DNA of 64,000 bases, from positions 79,091 through 143,090 of IMG/VR virus record IMGVR_UViG_3300029288_000086. The stretch is one strand, 5' to 3'. The position numbers and the translations under genes were made by a program. The notes under the pieces were generated by a model, which ran no database searches, had not been told where the DNA came from, and saw only the letters and a list, made by a program, of their open reading frames with translations. Below are positions 9,949 through 20,068 of this stretch, in pieces; positions within the stretch are counted from its first letter, which is position 1; each line of letters opens with the position of its first letter. The stretch is from a virus. Lineage: Duplodnaviria > Caudoviricetes.

Positions 9949-10617
9949 CTAATCTTCTAATTTGTTCCTTTCAATGCTTTCTTTTTGAGCCATCACCCTC
10001 TGATTAATATCAATGCCTGAAATTTCAGAAACTTTACGAATTAAATTCATATCAATATCTTGACCTTCAACAAGCATTTCTATTAACATATTTGCAATAA
10101 TCCCTTGTTGGCCAACATTTGCAGATTTAAGTAATTTATCAGAATTTGGGGAATTTGCTAATATTTCTTTTATTTTATCGGCGCTTAAAATTTTCTTATA
10201 ATCTTCTTCCATGCCTAATAGTCTAACAGCAGAGGTATTATTTACAAAAAAATATCCTTTTCTTGCAAAATTTCTTTGATTCTCTTTAATTTGCGCAATT
10301 TCTGAAAACATGATATTTTTTGTTTCACCAAAATAATCAAAACTATATCTGTTTCCTTGTCCGTGATCTTTTGTATTTAAATTAAGCTTATCATTACAAA
10401 GGCTGACAACTTCAATCATGTCATTTGGAGATATGTTCACATATTGTTGCTGATTCTGTTTACTTTCTAATTCTAAAGCTTTATTTTTCCAATATTCTAG
10501 TTCAGATATATTGGGATCATCATGCCTTACGGTTGAAACTTTTTTTAAAACTTTTTTTGCCCCTTCTCCGTTCTGAGAAGAATTTATTACTTTATCTAAA
10601 GATTTAGCGGGAGCCAT
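9949..10617 (-). CDS. Conserved head-module protein downstream of the capsid gene
   Basis: 222 aa; synteny as in SPbeta-like phages. Confidence 0.55.
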   Translation of the reverse strand: MAPAKSLDKVINSSQNGEGAKKVLKKVSTVRHDDPNISELEYWKNKALELESKQNQQQYVNISPNDMIEVVSLCNDKLNLNTKDHGQGNRYSFDYFGETKNIMFSEIAQIKENQRNFARKGYFFVNNTSAVRLLGMEEDYKKILSADKIKEILANSPNSDKLLKSANVGQQGIIANMLIEMLVEGQDIDMNLIRKVSEISGIDINQRVMAQKESIERNKLED

Positions 10618-10660
10618 TTTTTTATTTTCCTTTTCTTTTTTATAAAATTTTTATTTTGAT

Positions 10661-10690
10661 AATATGGAGGGCTTTTACACCCTCCATATT
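10661..10690. terminator. Terminator after the major capsid gene
   Basis: AATATGGAGGG-cttttaca-CCCTCCATATT. Confidence 0.75.
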
Positions 10691-10704
10691 TAACATACTG
10701 AACG

Positions 10705-11841
10705 TTATGAAACTGTAATCTCGGCTGCGACGCTCGAAGTAACTACGCCAACAGTCCAAGATTTCCACATAGTAGCCTGTTGAGACATGTCTGGATTAGC
10801 ATATGGTTCATCGACATTACTCATAGCTGTTCCACCAATAACACATTTGATAAGCTTATCGGTTCCAGGAGCAACAATCCAAACACGATCATTATTCAAG
10901 AAAGTAGCAAATGGGCCGGTAGAAAAGTCGGCAACCTGCGGTAGTTCATAGGTATTAATACCAGAAATGTTGCGCATATAACCAAGTTTCACATAATCGC
11001 TTTCGATCTCGTATCTATAATTAGCATCATTTGGAAAGATTTTATTTAAGGCAATCTTGGTGCCAACAGCAATAGTAGCAGCCCCACCTGACCACGATGA
11101 AACTTTATCTGATAAAGTAATCAAATCGTCTTGGGAATATCCGACTACGCGCAATCCGGTGGATGCGGTAGTTGAGAGTGCGGCCATAGCAGTAGCCATA
11201 GATGTATAAATATCCCGACTCATCTCTGTCTCAAGTGCCAGCAACGCCTTGGCGATAAAGTTTCCGAGGCTCTCCTTGCCGGTAAGAACTCTCCACAAAT
11301 TAAGACTAACCGTAACTTGTCTCATTTCAGGAGTCAAGAACTTCTGGCCAAGGAATTGAGTCTGGCGATTAGCCTGTTTCTTTCCGAGATTTGAAGCTTT
11401 AGTAACAGCAAAAATATCACGAGAGCGAATATCGAAGATGGCTGTTTCGCCCCAACCAACGGTTTGTATCGACGCGAAAGCGCTGTTTCCCTTCAAAACC
11501 GTATCGGGCAGAATACTGTCAATAATTTGAGTACCAATATTTCCGATAGCCCAGCGAAGAGTAGGGTGATTATGATATTCATTAGCAGTAGCAGGAGAAA
11601 GATCGGTAATACCGACTTTCTTTGCGGCATAATTCAAAATCATTTCACTTAAAGCTTCTGATTTTTGGGTTAAGGTAACTTCTTTGCCTTCACGATCTTT
11701 TGATGCATAAGAAAACTTGGTTGATGTATTTCTAGAATTTTCGGATTGGTAATGATTCCAAAAATCAATAGAACTTTCAAGAATAGTTTTCATGTCTACA
11801 TCGGCAGCAAAATGTAAAACGTTTGCAGGTAATTTAGTCAT
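10705..11841 (-). CDS. Major capsid protein (SPbeta YonB-like)
   Basis: 378 aa after the protease and decoration genes; strong RBS identical to that of the decoration gene; terminator follows. Confidence 0.75.
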   Translation of the reverse strand: MTKLPANVLHFAADVDMKTILESSIDFWNHYQSENSRNTSTKFSYASKDREGKEVTLTQKSEALSEMILNYAAKKVGITDLSPATANEYHNHPTLRWAIGNIGTQIIDSILPDTVLKGNSAFASIQTVGWGETAIFDIRSRDIFAVTKASNLGKKQANRQTQFLGQKFLTPEMRQVTVSLNLWRVLTGKESLGNFIAKALLALETEMSRDIYTSMATAMAALSTTASTGLRVVGYSQDDLITLSDKVSSWSGGAATIAVGTKIALNKIFPNDANYRYEIESDYVKLGYMRNISGINTYELPQVADFSTGPFATFLNNDRVWIVAPGTDKLIKCVIGGTAMSNVDEPYANPDMSQQATMWKSWTVGVVTSSVAAEITVS

Positions 11842-11903
11842 ATTTTTATTTATCCTCCATTTTTTTTATTTTTTGTGTAAAGTCAGGTAAGAACATGACT
11901 AGA

Positions 11904-12431
11904 TTAGATGTGAGCAACTCTAAATTGGAAAGCCGCCACTCTTCCTGATCCAATGCTTCCATCAGGGAGAGATATGTAAGCGGTCTTCAAATATTGAAGA
12001 TAAAAACCATTAACAGTTACAGCAGACCACTTGAGTTTATAGTTACCGCCATCATCAGGAATAGCGTAAGCAGCAACAGTGGAACTATCGAGAGTTTCAG
12101 CGCTAACAGTCACAATATCTCCTAACTGTAAACGCCTCGCAACACCGACTTCTCCGGCAATTGTATAAAAATCACGAGCATTTCCTAGCCCATTAACTTT
12201 TTCACCAGCGCCATTAAGTAAGAAAGGCAACACTGGGGTATCAACCATGTGAATGCCGGTCATAGAAGCCGAGTTAGGAGCGGTAGCAGCAAAACATTCG
12301 CTCGCAGAAACGGTTAACAACACGACAAGATTGCCGTTATCAAGATTGGATGCGCTTATAAAGTTTGAGCTATAAGCATTTACATCCTGTGCAGCGATAC
12401 TATCTAAGTTTGTAACAGTATGATAAGTCAT
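11904..12431 (-). CDS. Capsid decoration/head protein (YonC-like)
   Basis: LDNGNLV and RRLQLGDIV patterns; between protease and MCP. Confidence 0.6.
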   Translation of the reverse strand: MTYHTVTNLDSIAAQDVNAYSSNFISASNLDNGNLVVLLTVSASECFAATAPNSASMTGIHMVDTPVLPFLLNGAGEKVNGLGNARDFYTIAGEVGVARRLQLGDIVTVSAETLDSSTVAAYAIPDDGGNYKLKWSAVTVNGFYLQYLKTAYISLPDGSIGSGRVAAFQFRVAHI

Positions 12432-12460
12432 ATTTTTATTTATCCTCCATTTTTATTGAA

Positions 12461-14404
12461 TTAATTTTTTGGCAACCAACCTTCTTTGGCGTATTTTTTA
12501 GATACATCCTCTGAAGATTCGTTATCTCTATGTAACCAAGAATTGACAGTAACCATACGGGTGAATGTCTCTTTTTTCTTGGGGCCATCTTTAATACGTT
12601 CATAAGCTAAACTTTTTTTGCTACTTTGCCAAGCAGGAAGAGTATCCAAAGTAAATTCTTTTACTTCTTCTCTAGCATTGTCAAGTTCTTCTTTTGAGAA
12701 TACATCAGACACTTCTTGTAAAGTTTTTTCAACAGCATAATCGAACTGTTGCTTTTCAATTTTATCTTTATATTCTTTAAGTTTAGCATTTTCAGCCATA
12801 TAAACATCTTTGTCTTCTTTGGCGGCAACAGATTCTTCTGCCATTTTACACATTTTTTTATACATAGCAGAACAAAGCAAAGCATAATTCATTTCCTCGC
12901 CAGCAGTATATTTGTCAGCAAGTTCTTTATTGTCTTCAGTTTCGTCTACAAGCATTTGCATAAGTGCAGCCATATCAAGATTTGCGTCTAAAGACATTTT
13001 TTCTTCTTTAGGTTCTTCTTTCTCTTTGGCTTCTTCAGCAGGAGTTTCTTTTTCCTCATCTTCTTTTTTTTCTTCTTCAGAAGTTTCAGTTTTTTCTTCT
13101 ACTGCCATTTCTTCTGTTTCTACCGCCATTTTTTCTTTTTCTGGCTGAGTTTCAGATTCTGGAAGTTTTTCTTCTGCCATAGTTTCTTCTTTAGGTTCTA
13201 ATTCTTTATCATTTTCATCTTTCACACTAAGTTCCTCCTTTTTTACAGATTTATTCTTCACCCAAATTCCCCCTTCAACGTGATATCTTTTTTTAAAACT
13301 ATTTATGGCCGTGGGCCATGCATATTCTCCACCTATCGCATCGGCTTGAGCAGCTATTGCATTTGCTTGGCTCAACGAAATAGGAGGTTTAATACCTTTG
13401 AGAGCAGGGTTTATGTCAGATATTTTTTCATATGGAAATGTCAAAACTTCACCATCATCAAAATAAGACATAGGCTTATCTTCGATTTCTTTCATTCTGT
13501 TAACCATATCTTTAGACCATTCTAGCGCTTCATTTCCCCCATATAACATCCAATTTATATGAGATGTTGTTGGAGGAGACTTCTTTCTAGAATCGTTTTG
13601 ATGATATGACAAATATTTATGCGCCGATTTAATTTTTTCAGGATGCGCCTTTTCATTTTTAGAAAAATGTCTAGCAATAGTTAATGCAACAGAATTTCCA
13701 CCTATTCCATATTGCTTATATAATTCCAATCCTTTACTAGAATTATTTTTAATCTCTTGAGAAATAGAAAAATCAATTGAAGAATATTTAGAAAATTCTT
13801 TCGCATAATCTTGCTGATATTTTTCATTAAGCTGAGAAAACGATAATACTTGAAGTTCTGCATTTTCGATTGCACTTTTTACAGATGCTCCTAATAAGCA
13901 TATCCCAAAATAGCAAAAATCATCCATTTCTTCTATGCCATTATCTTCTCGTATATGAGATTCATAAAGCCACATTTCAACACTGATTCCAACTTTGCCA
14001 TCTCTTTTTTCAAGAATTTCAGATACGGCGGGAACATAAATTTTCCAAATTTTGGCATCTACGTAAAATCCCAAAACTTCTTCGCCGTTCTCATTTATTA
14101 CTTTTTCAAAAGATCCAGTATCTGGAATAGCGAACCCGCATATTAAACTCTTATCTACTTCTACGTGTGAACCGAAGTCCCTACCGCTATTAATTAAATT
14201 ATATACAATAGGCATATTGTAGATAGTAGATGCTGTTTTTTTAAGGGTTTCTTCGCTGCAAAAAAGATCATGATAATTCTTACCCGATGAAAATGCATGA
14301 ATTCTACAAGTTATAAATCTAGAATCAGGATTATCTTCGATTATTTCTGCTGAGTCAACACTAAAAACTAACGGCTTTCTTTCTTCTGTTCTTTCTTCAC
14401 TCAA
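12461..14404 (-). CDS. Prohead protease/scaffold (YonD-like) with inserted domains
   Basis: N-terminal protease-like region (GKNYH, GISVEM, FCYFGICLLG); acidic coiled-coil scaffold at the C-terminus. Confidence 0.7.
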   Translation of the reverse strand: MSEERTEERKPLVFSVDSAEIIEDNPDSRFITCRIHAFSSGKNYHDLFCSEETLKKTASTIYNMPIVYNLINSGRDFGSHVEVDKSLICGFAIPDTGSFEKVINENGEEVLGFYVDAKIWKIYVPAVSEILEKRDGKVGISVEMWLYESHIREDNGIEEMDDFCYFGICLLGASVKSAIENAELQVLSFSQLNEKYQQDYAKEFSKYSSIDFSISQEIKNNSSKGLELYKQYGIGGNSVALTIARHFSKNEKAHPEKIKSAHKYLSYHQNDSRKKSPPTTSHINWMLYGGNEALEWSKDMVNRMKEIEDKPMSYFDDGEVLTFPYEKISDINPALKGIKPPISLSQANAIAAQADAIGGEYAWPTAINSFKKRYHVEGGIWVKNKSVKKEELSVKDENDKELEPKEETMAEEKLPESETQPEKEKMAVETEEMAVEEKTETSEEEKKEDEEKETPAEEAKEKEEPKEEKMSLDANLDMAALMQMLVDETEDNKELADKYTAGEEMNYALLCSAMYKKMCKMAEESVAAKEDKDVYMAENAKLKEYKDKIEKQQFDYAVEKTLQEVSDVFSKEELDNAREEVKEFTLDTLPAWQSSKKSLAYERIKDGPKKKETFTRMVTVNSWLHRDNESSEDVSKKYAKEGWLPKN

Positions 14405-14469
14405 TTATTCCTCCTTTCTCAAGAGGGAAAATAATTCCGTCTTTAAAAATTCTATCAAATTATTGCTCA

Positions 14470-14486
14470 ATAAAAACACGTTTCAT
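14470..14486. repeat. Palindrome copy in the late region (5-bp spacer)
   Basis: ATAAAA-ACACG-TTTCAT. Confidence 0.65.
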
Positions 14487-14489
14487 GGA

Positions 14490-14681
14490 CTAATATTGTT
14501 TCGCCCATTTAACCCATAAAGGAGAGGTTTTTAATGCATCTTCCAAAATTTTAGTTTGTGAAAAATAATAAATATCCCCCTCTATTGTTAAAAGGGGAAC
14601 TCCATGGTTCTCTAAATAGTTTGATATTTTCTCTTTGAAACCAATTTTATTTTTAATAGATTTTGAATTAACTATAAACAT
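14490..14681 (-). CDS. Small hypothetical protein
   Basis: Probable start MFIVNSK at 14681, coupled to the ferritin stop. Confidence 0.55.
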   Translation of the reverse strand: MFIVNSKSIKNKIGFKEKISNYLENHGVPLLTIEGDIYYFSQTKILEDALKTSPLWVKWAKQY

Positions 14682-14682
14682 T

Positions 14683-15156
14683 TTACTCCCAAGTTGCATC
14701 GAACAATACAACATCCTTGACCGCTTTAATCTTTGTGGCAAAAGCAACACTAGTATCTTCTTCCTCACATTGCTCGTCCAACATTTTAGTTAAAAATCCT
14801 AAGTCAATATAAGACTTTTCTTCTAATGCAAGATTATATAAAGACTCGATACTTTCAGTTGTTTGTTGTTCTGTCAATACATAAAAATCAGCGATACTAT
14901 TAATGTCTGTGAAATCAATTATGGGGGCACTAACTTCTTCTATTTTTACTTTTCCGCCAGTTCTGTCATTGATATAATCCATAAATAAATTAGCATGACC
15001 GTTTTCACCCGCAGACTGTTCTTTGAAGAATTTGGCAAGATTTTTCAACTGCATATCTTCAAACAATGATTGGATTTGCATATATTTATTCTGATTTAAT
15101 AACTCAATCATAACCTGCTCATTTAAAGCATCATTTAAATTCTCAGATAATTTCAC
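14683..15156 (-). CDS. ftnA: Non-heme ferritin
   Basis: LNEQVMIE..Y..LAKFF.EQS.GE.GHA..E..TT.I..FL..MLDEQCEEE: four-helix ferritin with ferroxidase ligands apparently retained. Confidence 0.85.
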   Translation of the reverse strand: MKLSENLNDALNEQVMIELLNQNKYMQIQSLFEDMQLKNLAKFFKEQSAGENGHANLFMDYINDRTGGKVKIEEVSAPIIDFTDINSIADFYVLTEQQTTESIESLYNLALEEKSYIDLGFLTKMLDEQCEEEDTSVAFATKIKAVKDVVLFDATWE

Positions 15157-15172
15157 TTACTGTGCCTCCTTT

Positions 15173-15499
15173 CTATCGGATAGCATTTATAACATCATAA
15201 AACTTTTCATATAAAGAAATATGATCTTCTCTTAATTTTTTTGCATTATTCAGATTTCTCAAGCATTCAGCAATAATATCAGATGCTTTTTCTCCAATAG
15301 TAATATCTTTAGGAATATCGTATTCTGGAGTCCAGTGAAGCATCCCATCTTCTGCATTATAAAAATTCAGATTCGCATGTTCTTCTTCTGTAAAAGATAA
15401 ATCATTCACCAAATCCCTAACAATCTTTAAAGTAGTATAATTATTTTCTTTTGGCAAAATAGAAATTAAGACAAGTCTTTCTGATACTGTTAATAGCAT
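15173..15499 (-). CDS. Hypothetical protein
   Basis: 108 aa with RBS. Confidence 0.6.
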   Translation of the reverse strand: MLLTVSERLVLISILPKENNYTTLKIVRDLVNDLSFTEEEHANLNFYNAEDGMLHWTPEYDIPKDITIGEKASDIIAECLRNLNNAKKLREDHISLYEKFYDVINAIR

Positions 15500-15574
15500 T
15501 ACAAATATCTCCTAAGTTTATGTTTGGGGATATAAATTAATATATCCCCATTATGATTATTGACTATTTAATTA

Positions 15575-16417
15575 TTATGCGTGAAGGGTATTGTACATTG
15601 GGATAAAGTAAGGAGTACCACCAACGTCACACACCAAAGCAACATCTGCGCCAACAGTTTCACTAGTAGGAGAAGCTGAAGGAACCAAAGCATTAGCAAC
15701 AACACCACCAGCAACAGCGTTGAATTTCATAATTGTAGGCATTTTTGCAGTACCAGCGAATTCGATACCTGCACCAACTGTTTGATCTGCGCCCAAATAA
15801 AGTACGGCATCGCATGCGCAAGCTGTAGTGGTTGCTTCAACTTGACCAGCAATAGCATGGCATAAGCCTGTCACTGCGCCAGTACCATCAATGATGCCAA
15901 GCAAACCAGTCGCCCAACCTTGTCCAATAGCACCATTCAAAACAACTTTACCAGAAACACCGGCTAAGTGAGCATTAGCATTTTTGGTAGAAACACCACC
16001 AGCGCCAATATTTGTGTGCCCTTGCACCGCATAGGCATCAAAACAGTTTGCAGCTACGGAAGCGCTAGATAAAACACCTTGTAAACGAGTATTCGCCGTC
16101 GCAGCAGTATTTCTCACACCAACAAAAGCAGACAAACAAGAACTTCCTTCATCTGTTTTATTAGTAGCGGTTGCCATATTGGATGTAAAAGCGATATTGT
16201 CCAACAAACTTGTATCGGTCACAGGAGTGCTATAAACACCCACGCTCAAGGCAGGGAGGTTTAGTCCCGTAGGAGCAGTGTCGATATTTAGGGACGATGC
16301 AGAAAAGAACGTATCTGTCAAAGTGCCCAATCTGCGAACCTCAGTACCAAGACCAGTTCTCTGTGCATAAGTATTCATTTTGTTAACATTTGAAGCATTA
16401 GAAGCTGAAAAAGTCAT
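15575..16417 (-). CDS. Putative virion (head fibre/decoration) protein
   Basis: Ala/Gly/Thr-rich with beta-helix-like repeats; strong RBS; hairpin at 15525-15550 follows. Confidence 0.5.
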   Translation of the reverse strand: MTFSASNASNVNKMNTYAQRTGLGTEVRRLGTLTDTFFSASSLNIDTAPTGLNLPALSVGVYSTPVTDTSLLDNIAFTSNMATATNKTDEGSSCLSAFVGVRNTAATANTRLQGVLSSASVAANCFDAYAVQGHTNIGAGGVSTKNANAHLAGVSGKVVLNGAIGQGWATGLLGIIDGTGAVTGLCHAIAGQVEATTTACACDAVLYLGADQTVGAGIEFAGTAKMPTIMKFNAVAGGVVANALVPSASPTSETVGADVALVCDVGGTPYFIPMYNTLHA

Positions 16418-16520
16418 TATTCCTCCATTTCATTCTTTTTGATATAATTCTTGTCACGGAGCCGAGGTTTTACCCTTGTTATGACAAGTTAATACGATAT
16501 GATATTTTTTTATTTTTACA

Positions 16521-18137
16521 TTAATTTTTTCCACCTTTTGAGATGTTCGAACCTGCGCTGCGAGTTTCTTCTCCCGCCTCTCCAATATTTGAATCTGACT
16601 TTGTGGGACGTCCTGCCCCAGATGAGTTCGCTCCACTCTGTTGAAAACTAGATATGATAGGAGTTAGGTTATCGACCCAACCAGACATTCTTGTTTCGTC
16701 TAACTGTGTTTGAAACTCAAACGGATTAACTCCGAGCGCAGAACATATTTTTGGAAAATTAATAATTCCTTTATCCATCAATGCAGTTTGACGATCCAAT
16801 CTCCTTTCTCTATCAACATAAAATCTTGTTCCTTCTAAAGTAATCTTAAATTTATATTTTTTTGTAAGTTTATTAATTTGATACTCTAAGAAGTTCTCAA
16901 ATACAGGATAAAGATTTTCTACAATATGTTGATCAACATCAACACCAAGCAAAGTTTCTGTAACATTTTGTTTCTGTGAAGAGCTAAAAAGAATATTGCT
17001 ATTTACCCCAGATAATCCGAGTAAATTCGTCATATAACTCTCATATAACTCATTGTTGCCCTCAAATTGAAATGCTTTCATATTACCCAAAGGCGCACTA
17101 GCAACGCTAACAGCACTATTATTGATAGCAGACTTTACAAGTTGCATAAACTTTGCAGCCATTTCTGGAGATAAATTAAATTGATCTCTAAGAACGGCAC
17201 TTTTTGAATCTTTGTTAAGTGTTCCTACTTCTCCCATGATAAGTTTAACTGCTTCAGCCAAATAATTATTCTTTTGCAAATTTCTAATAGTTGGTTGTAA
17301 TGCCAAATCAGGGAACATACCACTAAAATATTGTGTTCTAAAATTTTTTTCGGGCTGCATTTTGAATGCCCACCCACCGTCCTCTGGGCTTATATCTCCC
17401 CAATAAGCATAAACGTTTTGATCTCTTGTATCTACACTTCGCATTGGGATATAATCTATAATTTTACTACCTTCTCCAAATAAATTTTGAAATCCCGTTT
17501 TAAATGATGGCGCAAAGCCATCTATTGGAACACCACCTTGAAGAAAGAAAGTATAATCAAAACTAAAAAGTGTTCCATAATCCCATTTCCCAGTAATCAT
17601 ACACCTATCCGAAGGGAGTTGTTGGAGAAGCCAGCGATCCCCCTCGTTTCTGAATGAGCAGAAGAAAACTTCTTCACGGAGCATCTGTTTCAATGCAGTA
17701 GAAAACTCTTTCTTGTGATCAAATTTGTAAAAGAAATCTTTAACAACTTTTAAGTCTTTTTTATATGCTGGGCTTTTAAATTCATTGATATCATCGAGAT
17801 TCATAACAGCATAAGTCCAATCCCAAGAAGGAAGATTGGATATATAATCTATAATTCTTCGATACGTTGTAGACGTGACTTCAAGATTCTCAGAAATGGC
17901 TAACAATTCGCGTTCATTATCTTTTGGATTTGCAAGAGCTTTTTCTGCTTTTTCTTGAGTTATATCTGACGTAGAAAGGAGGGACATATCTCGGAGTCTC
18001 TGGTTGATAAGCATGGGATTATAAACCCCAGGATAGAGTCCGCCCAAAGATTGTGCAAATTCTAACGCAGTCCAAACTTGATCTTGAGAAATTAAATCTG
18101 GATCAGTTGGAGTAGTCATTTTTTTTGTTTTAGGCAA
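16521..18137 (-). CDS. Portal protein (YonE-like)
   Basis: 538 aa directly after TerL; LQQLPSDRCMITG; C-terminal GAGRP tail. Confidence 0.8.
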   Translation of the reverse strand: MPKTKKMTTPTDPDLISQDQVWTALEFAQSLGGLYPGVYNPMLINQRLRDMSLLSTSDITQEKAEKALANPKDNERELLAISENLEVTSTTYRRIIDYISNLPSWDWTYAVMNLDDINEFKSPAYKKDLKVVKDFFYKFDHKKEFSTALKQMLREEVFFCSFRNEGDRWLLQQLPSDRCMITGKWDYGTLFSFDYTFFLQGGVPIDGFAPSFKTGFQNLFGEGSKIIDYIPMRSVDTRDQNVYAYWGDISPEDGGWAFKMQPEKNFRTQYFSGMFPDLALQPTIRNLQKNNYLAEAVKLIMGEVGTLNKDSKSAVLRDQFNLSPEMAAKFMQLVKSAINNSAVSVASAPLGNMKAFQFEGNNELYESYMTNLLGLSGVNSNILFSSSQKQNVTETLLGVDVDQHIVENLYPVFENFLEYQINKLTKKYKFKITLEGTRFYVDRERRLDRQTALMDKGIINFPKICSALGVNPFEFQTQLDETRMSGWVDNLTPIISSFQQSGANSSGAGRPTKSDSNIGEAGEETRSAGSNISKGGKN

Positions 18138-18220
18138 TTATTTTTACCTCCTTTCTTTAGGAGTATATAAAAGTTTTTATTTATCATTTTTATTTGCATC
18201 TTTCTCTTTGAAATAAAATA

Positions 18221-20056
18221 CTAATACATCTGAAACAATCCAGATAATGTTTCCCAATCGTCACTTGTGTCCTCTTCTTTAAGTAAATTGATATCAAATT
18301 CTTGCGACACAAAATAATTTACATAACTAATCGCTGAATAACGATCTTTATTACATCCCGATTTTTCAACCAATTTAACTTTCCCACTTACCAAAGCCAA
18401 ATCAAGATTTATACATTCGCTTATTAGAAGCCCAGTTTGAACATAAGGATTTAAATAGAAGGCATAAATTGAAGAATCTCCAGGATTACTTAAAAACTCT
18501 TTATTTTTCGACTTTATTAAAAATTCTTCTGCGTCTCCATCTAAAATTAAGAATTTCCATAATTTTTTCTGTAAAGAAGATCTAAATGAATTCGCAATTT
18601 GACTATTTAAGTCTTGACTAGCCGACATTGGAAACACAACCGGTAAAGCATTAATACCCCTAGTCCTTCTTCTCAATTCATCTCTAACGTCTTCTTTTAC
18701 CGAAGCAAAATTTTCATCAACGATTGTAAATGGAGGATATGTTTCCCCTCTTTCTTCATCCATTGTGTTTTCACTTAAAGAGTCAAAAATACTGATACCT
18801 GCATTCTGAAGATCCAAGCAAACATAATCTGCTTCAAAATCGTGATAAAGTTCTTTTATTCTTTTAGCTTGAACCCCAGTGTGTTCGCCTTTATGACTTT
18901 CCATATATGAACAATGCCTTTCATAGCCTTCTCCCTTTATGGGGATAAGCCTTATACATGCCATAATAGAATTATCATTTTTCTTATTTGCTCGCATAGC
19001 AACATCACAAGTAATGAATCTAATTTCACCTTCCACTTTTTCAATGGCATAAGGATTCTTTTTAGCATTAAAATTATCATCCCTTTGAGGATAAAAAGCT
19101 TGTTTGAGATTTCTTTTAAATAATGATGATGCAAAAAAACTTTTTCCACTACTACCAGAAGGAATATTGAGATATTCAAGTTGAAATCCGATATCATCCA
19201 TATCACCTGTTTCATTTTTTATCATATCTTCTGTTTTTATTCCATGGAATAATGTGATAAAATAATCTAAAGCTAGGAAATTAGCTGTTTCATCCCCATT
19301 AACCATTCTTCTTATGCATGATTTTACATATGTGTACCAATATTCAGCGGTATACCAAGCAGAAGTAATATAAGATATTCTACCATCTTCTATCAAATCT
19401 TTATCTGAACCGTATTCCGGCTTCAACCTATAAGGCGGGGTTCTAACTTCAAGAAAAGGTTTTATTACTTTTTCAAGTATCTCTCTTGGAACTAACCTCG
19501 CCTCTTCTATGACGATATAGTGACATCTATTCCCTCTTGCCGAATCGGAACTAGGAACAACTTTAATAGTACTACCGCAATGGAAAATACATTCGTATGT
19601 ATTCGAGTTTGTTGTTATATGATCAATTTCTCTGGCAACATTAGGATATCTGCTTTGCAATTCTTTCATTTTTTCAGAAAGAAGAATGCCTCCTTGCGCA
19701 AGTGTTTTTGAACACACAATAATTTTAATCCCAGGATATAAAACACACAAAGTAAGTGTCCACACAGCAATAATCCATGTTTTTGCCGCTGCACGACTGG
19801 CAACTATATAAGCCAAATTACTTCTTTGCAATAGCCATATCATTAATATTTGATAAGGGTGCAAATGAATACCGAAGTAATCTTGGATCAGTCTTACTGG
19901 GTTTCGCCGGAACATAGTTATCCATCGTTTTAATCTATCTTTTCTTTCCCCCTCTAATGTGGAACTTCTGATCATAGATTTTGGACGTAAAAATTCATTT
20001 TGCGAAGATAAATTCTTAAGTTCTTTATTTTTATACGGACGAGGCGATGTTGACAT
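18221..20056 (-). CDS. terL: Terminase large subunit (YonF-like)
   Basis: LHPYQ, Walker A ASRAAAKT, SARGNR, Walker B IVIEE (E at the usual D position), nuclease motifs FITCDVA and KDRYSA. Confidence 0.9.
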   Translation of the reverse strand: MSTSPRPYKNKELKNLSSQNEFLRPKSMIRSSTLEGERKDRLKRWITMFRRNPVRLIQDYFGIHLHPYQILMIWLLQRSNLAYIVASRAAAKTWIIAVWTLTLCVLYPGIKIIVCSKTLAQGGILLSEKMKELQSRYPNVAREIDHITTNSNTYECIFHCGSTIKVVPSSDSARGNRCHYIVIEEARLVPREILEKVIKPFLEVRTPPYRLKPEYGSDKDLIEDGRISYITSAWYTAEYWYTYVKSCIRRMVNGDETANFLALDYFITLFHGIKTEDMIKNETGDMDDIGFQLEYLNIPSGSSGKSFFASSLFKRNLKQAFYPQRDDNFNAKKNPYAIEKVEGEIRFITCDVAMRANKKNDNSIMACIRLIPIKGEGYERHCSYMESHKGEHTGVQAKRIKELYHDFEADYVCLDLQNAGISIFDSLSENTMDEERGETYPPFTIVDENFASVKEDVRDELRRRTRGINALPVVFPMSASQDLNSQIANSFRSSLQKKLWKFLILDGDAEEFLIKSKNKEFLSNPGDSSIYAFYLNPYVQTGLLISECINLDLALVSGKVKLVEKSGCNKDRYSAISYVNYFVSQEFDINLLKEEDTSDDWETLSGLFQMY

Positions 20057-20068
20057 ATATGACGCCTC

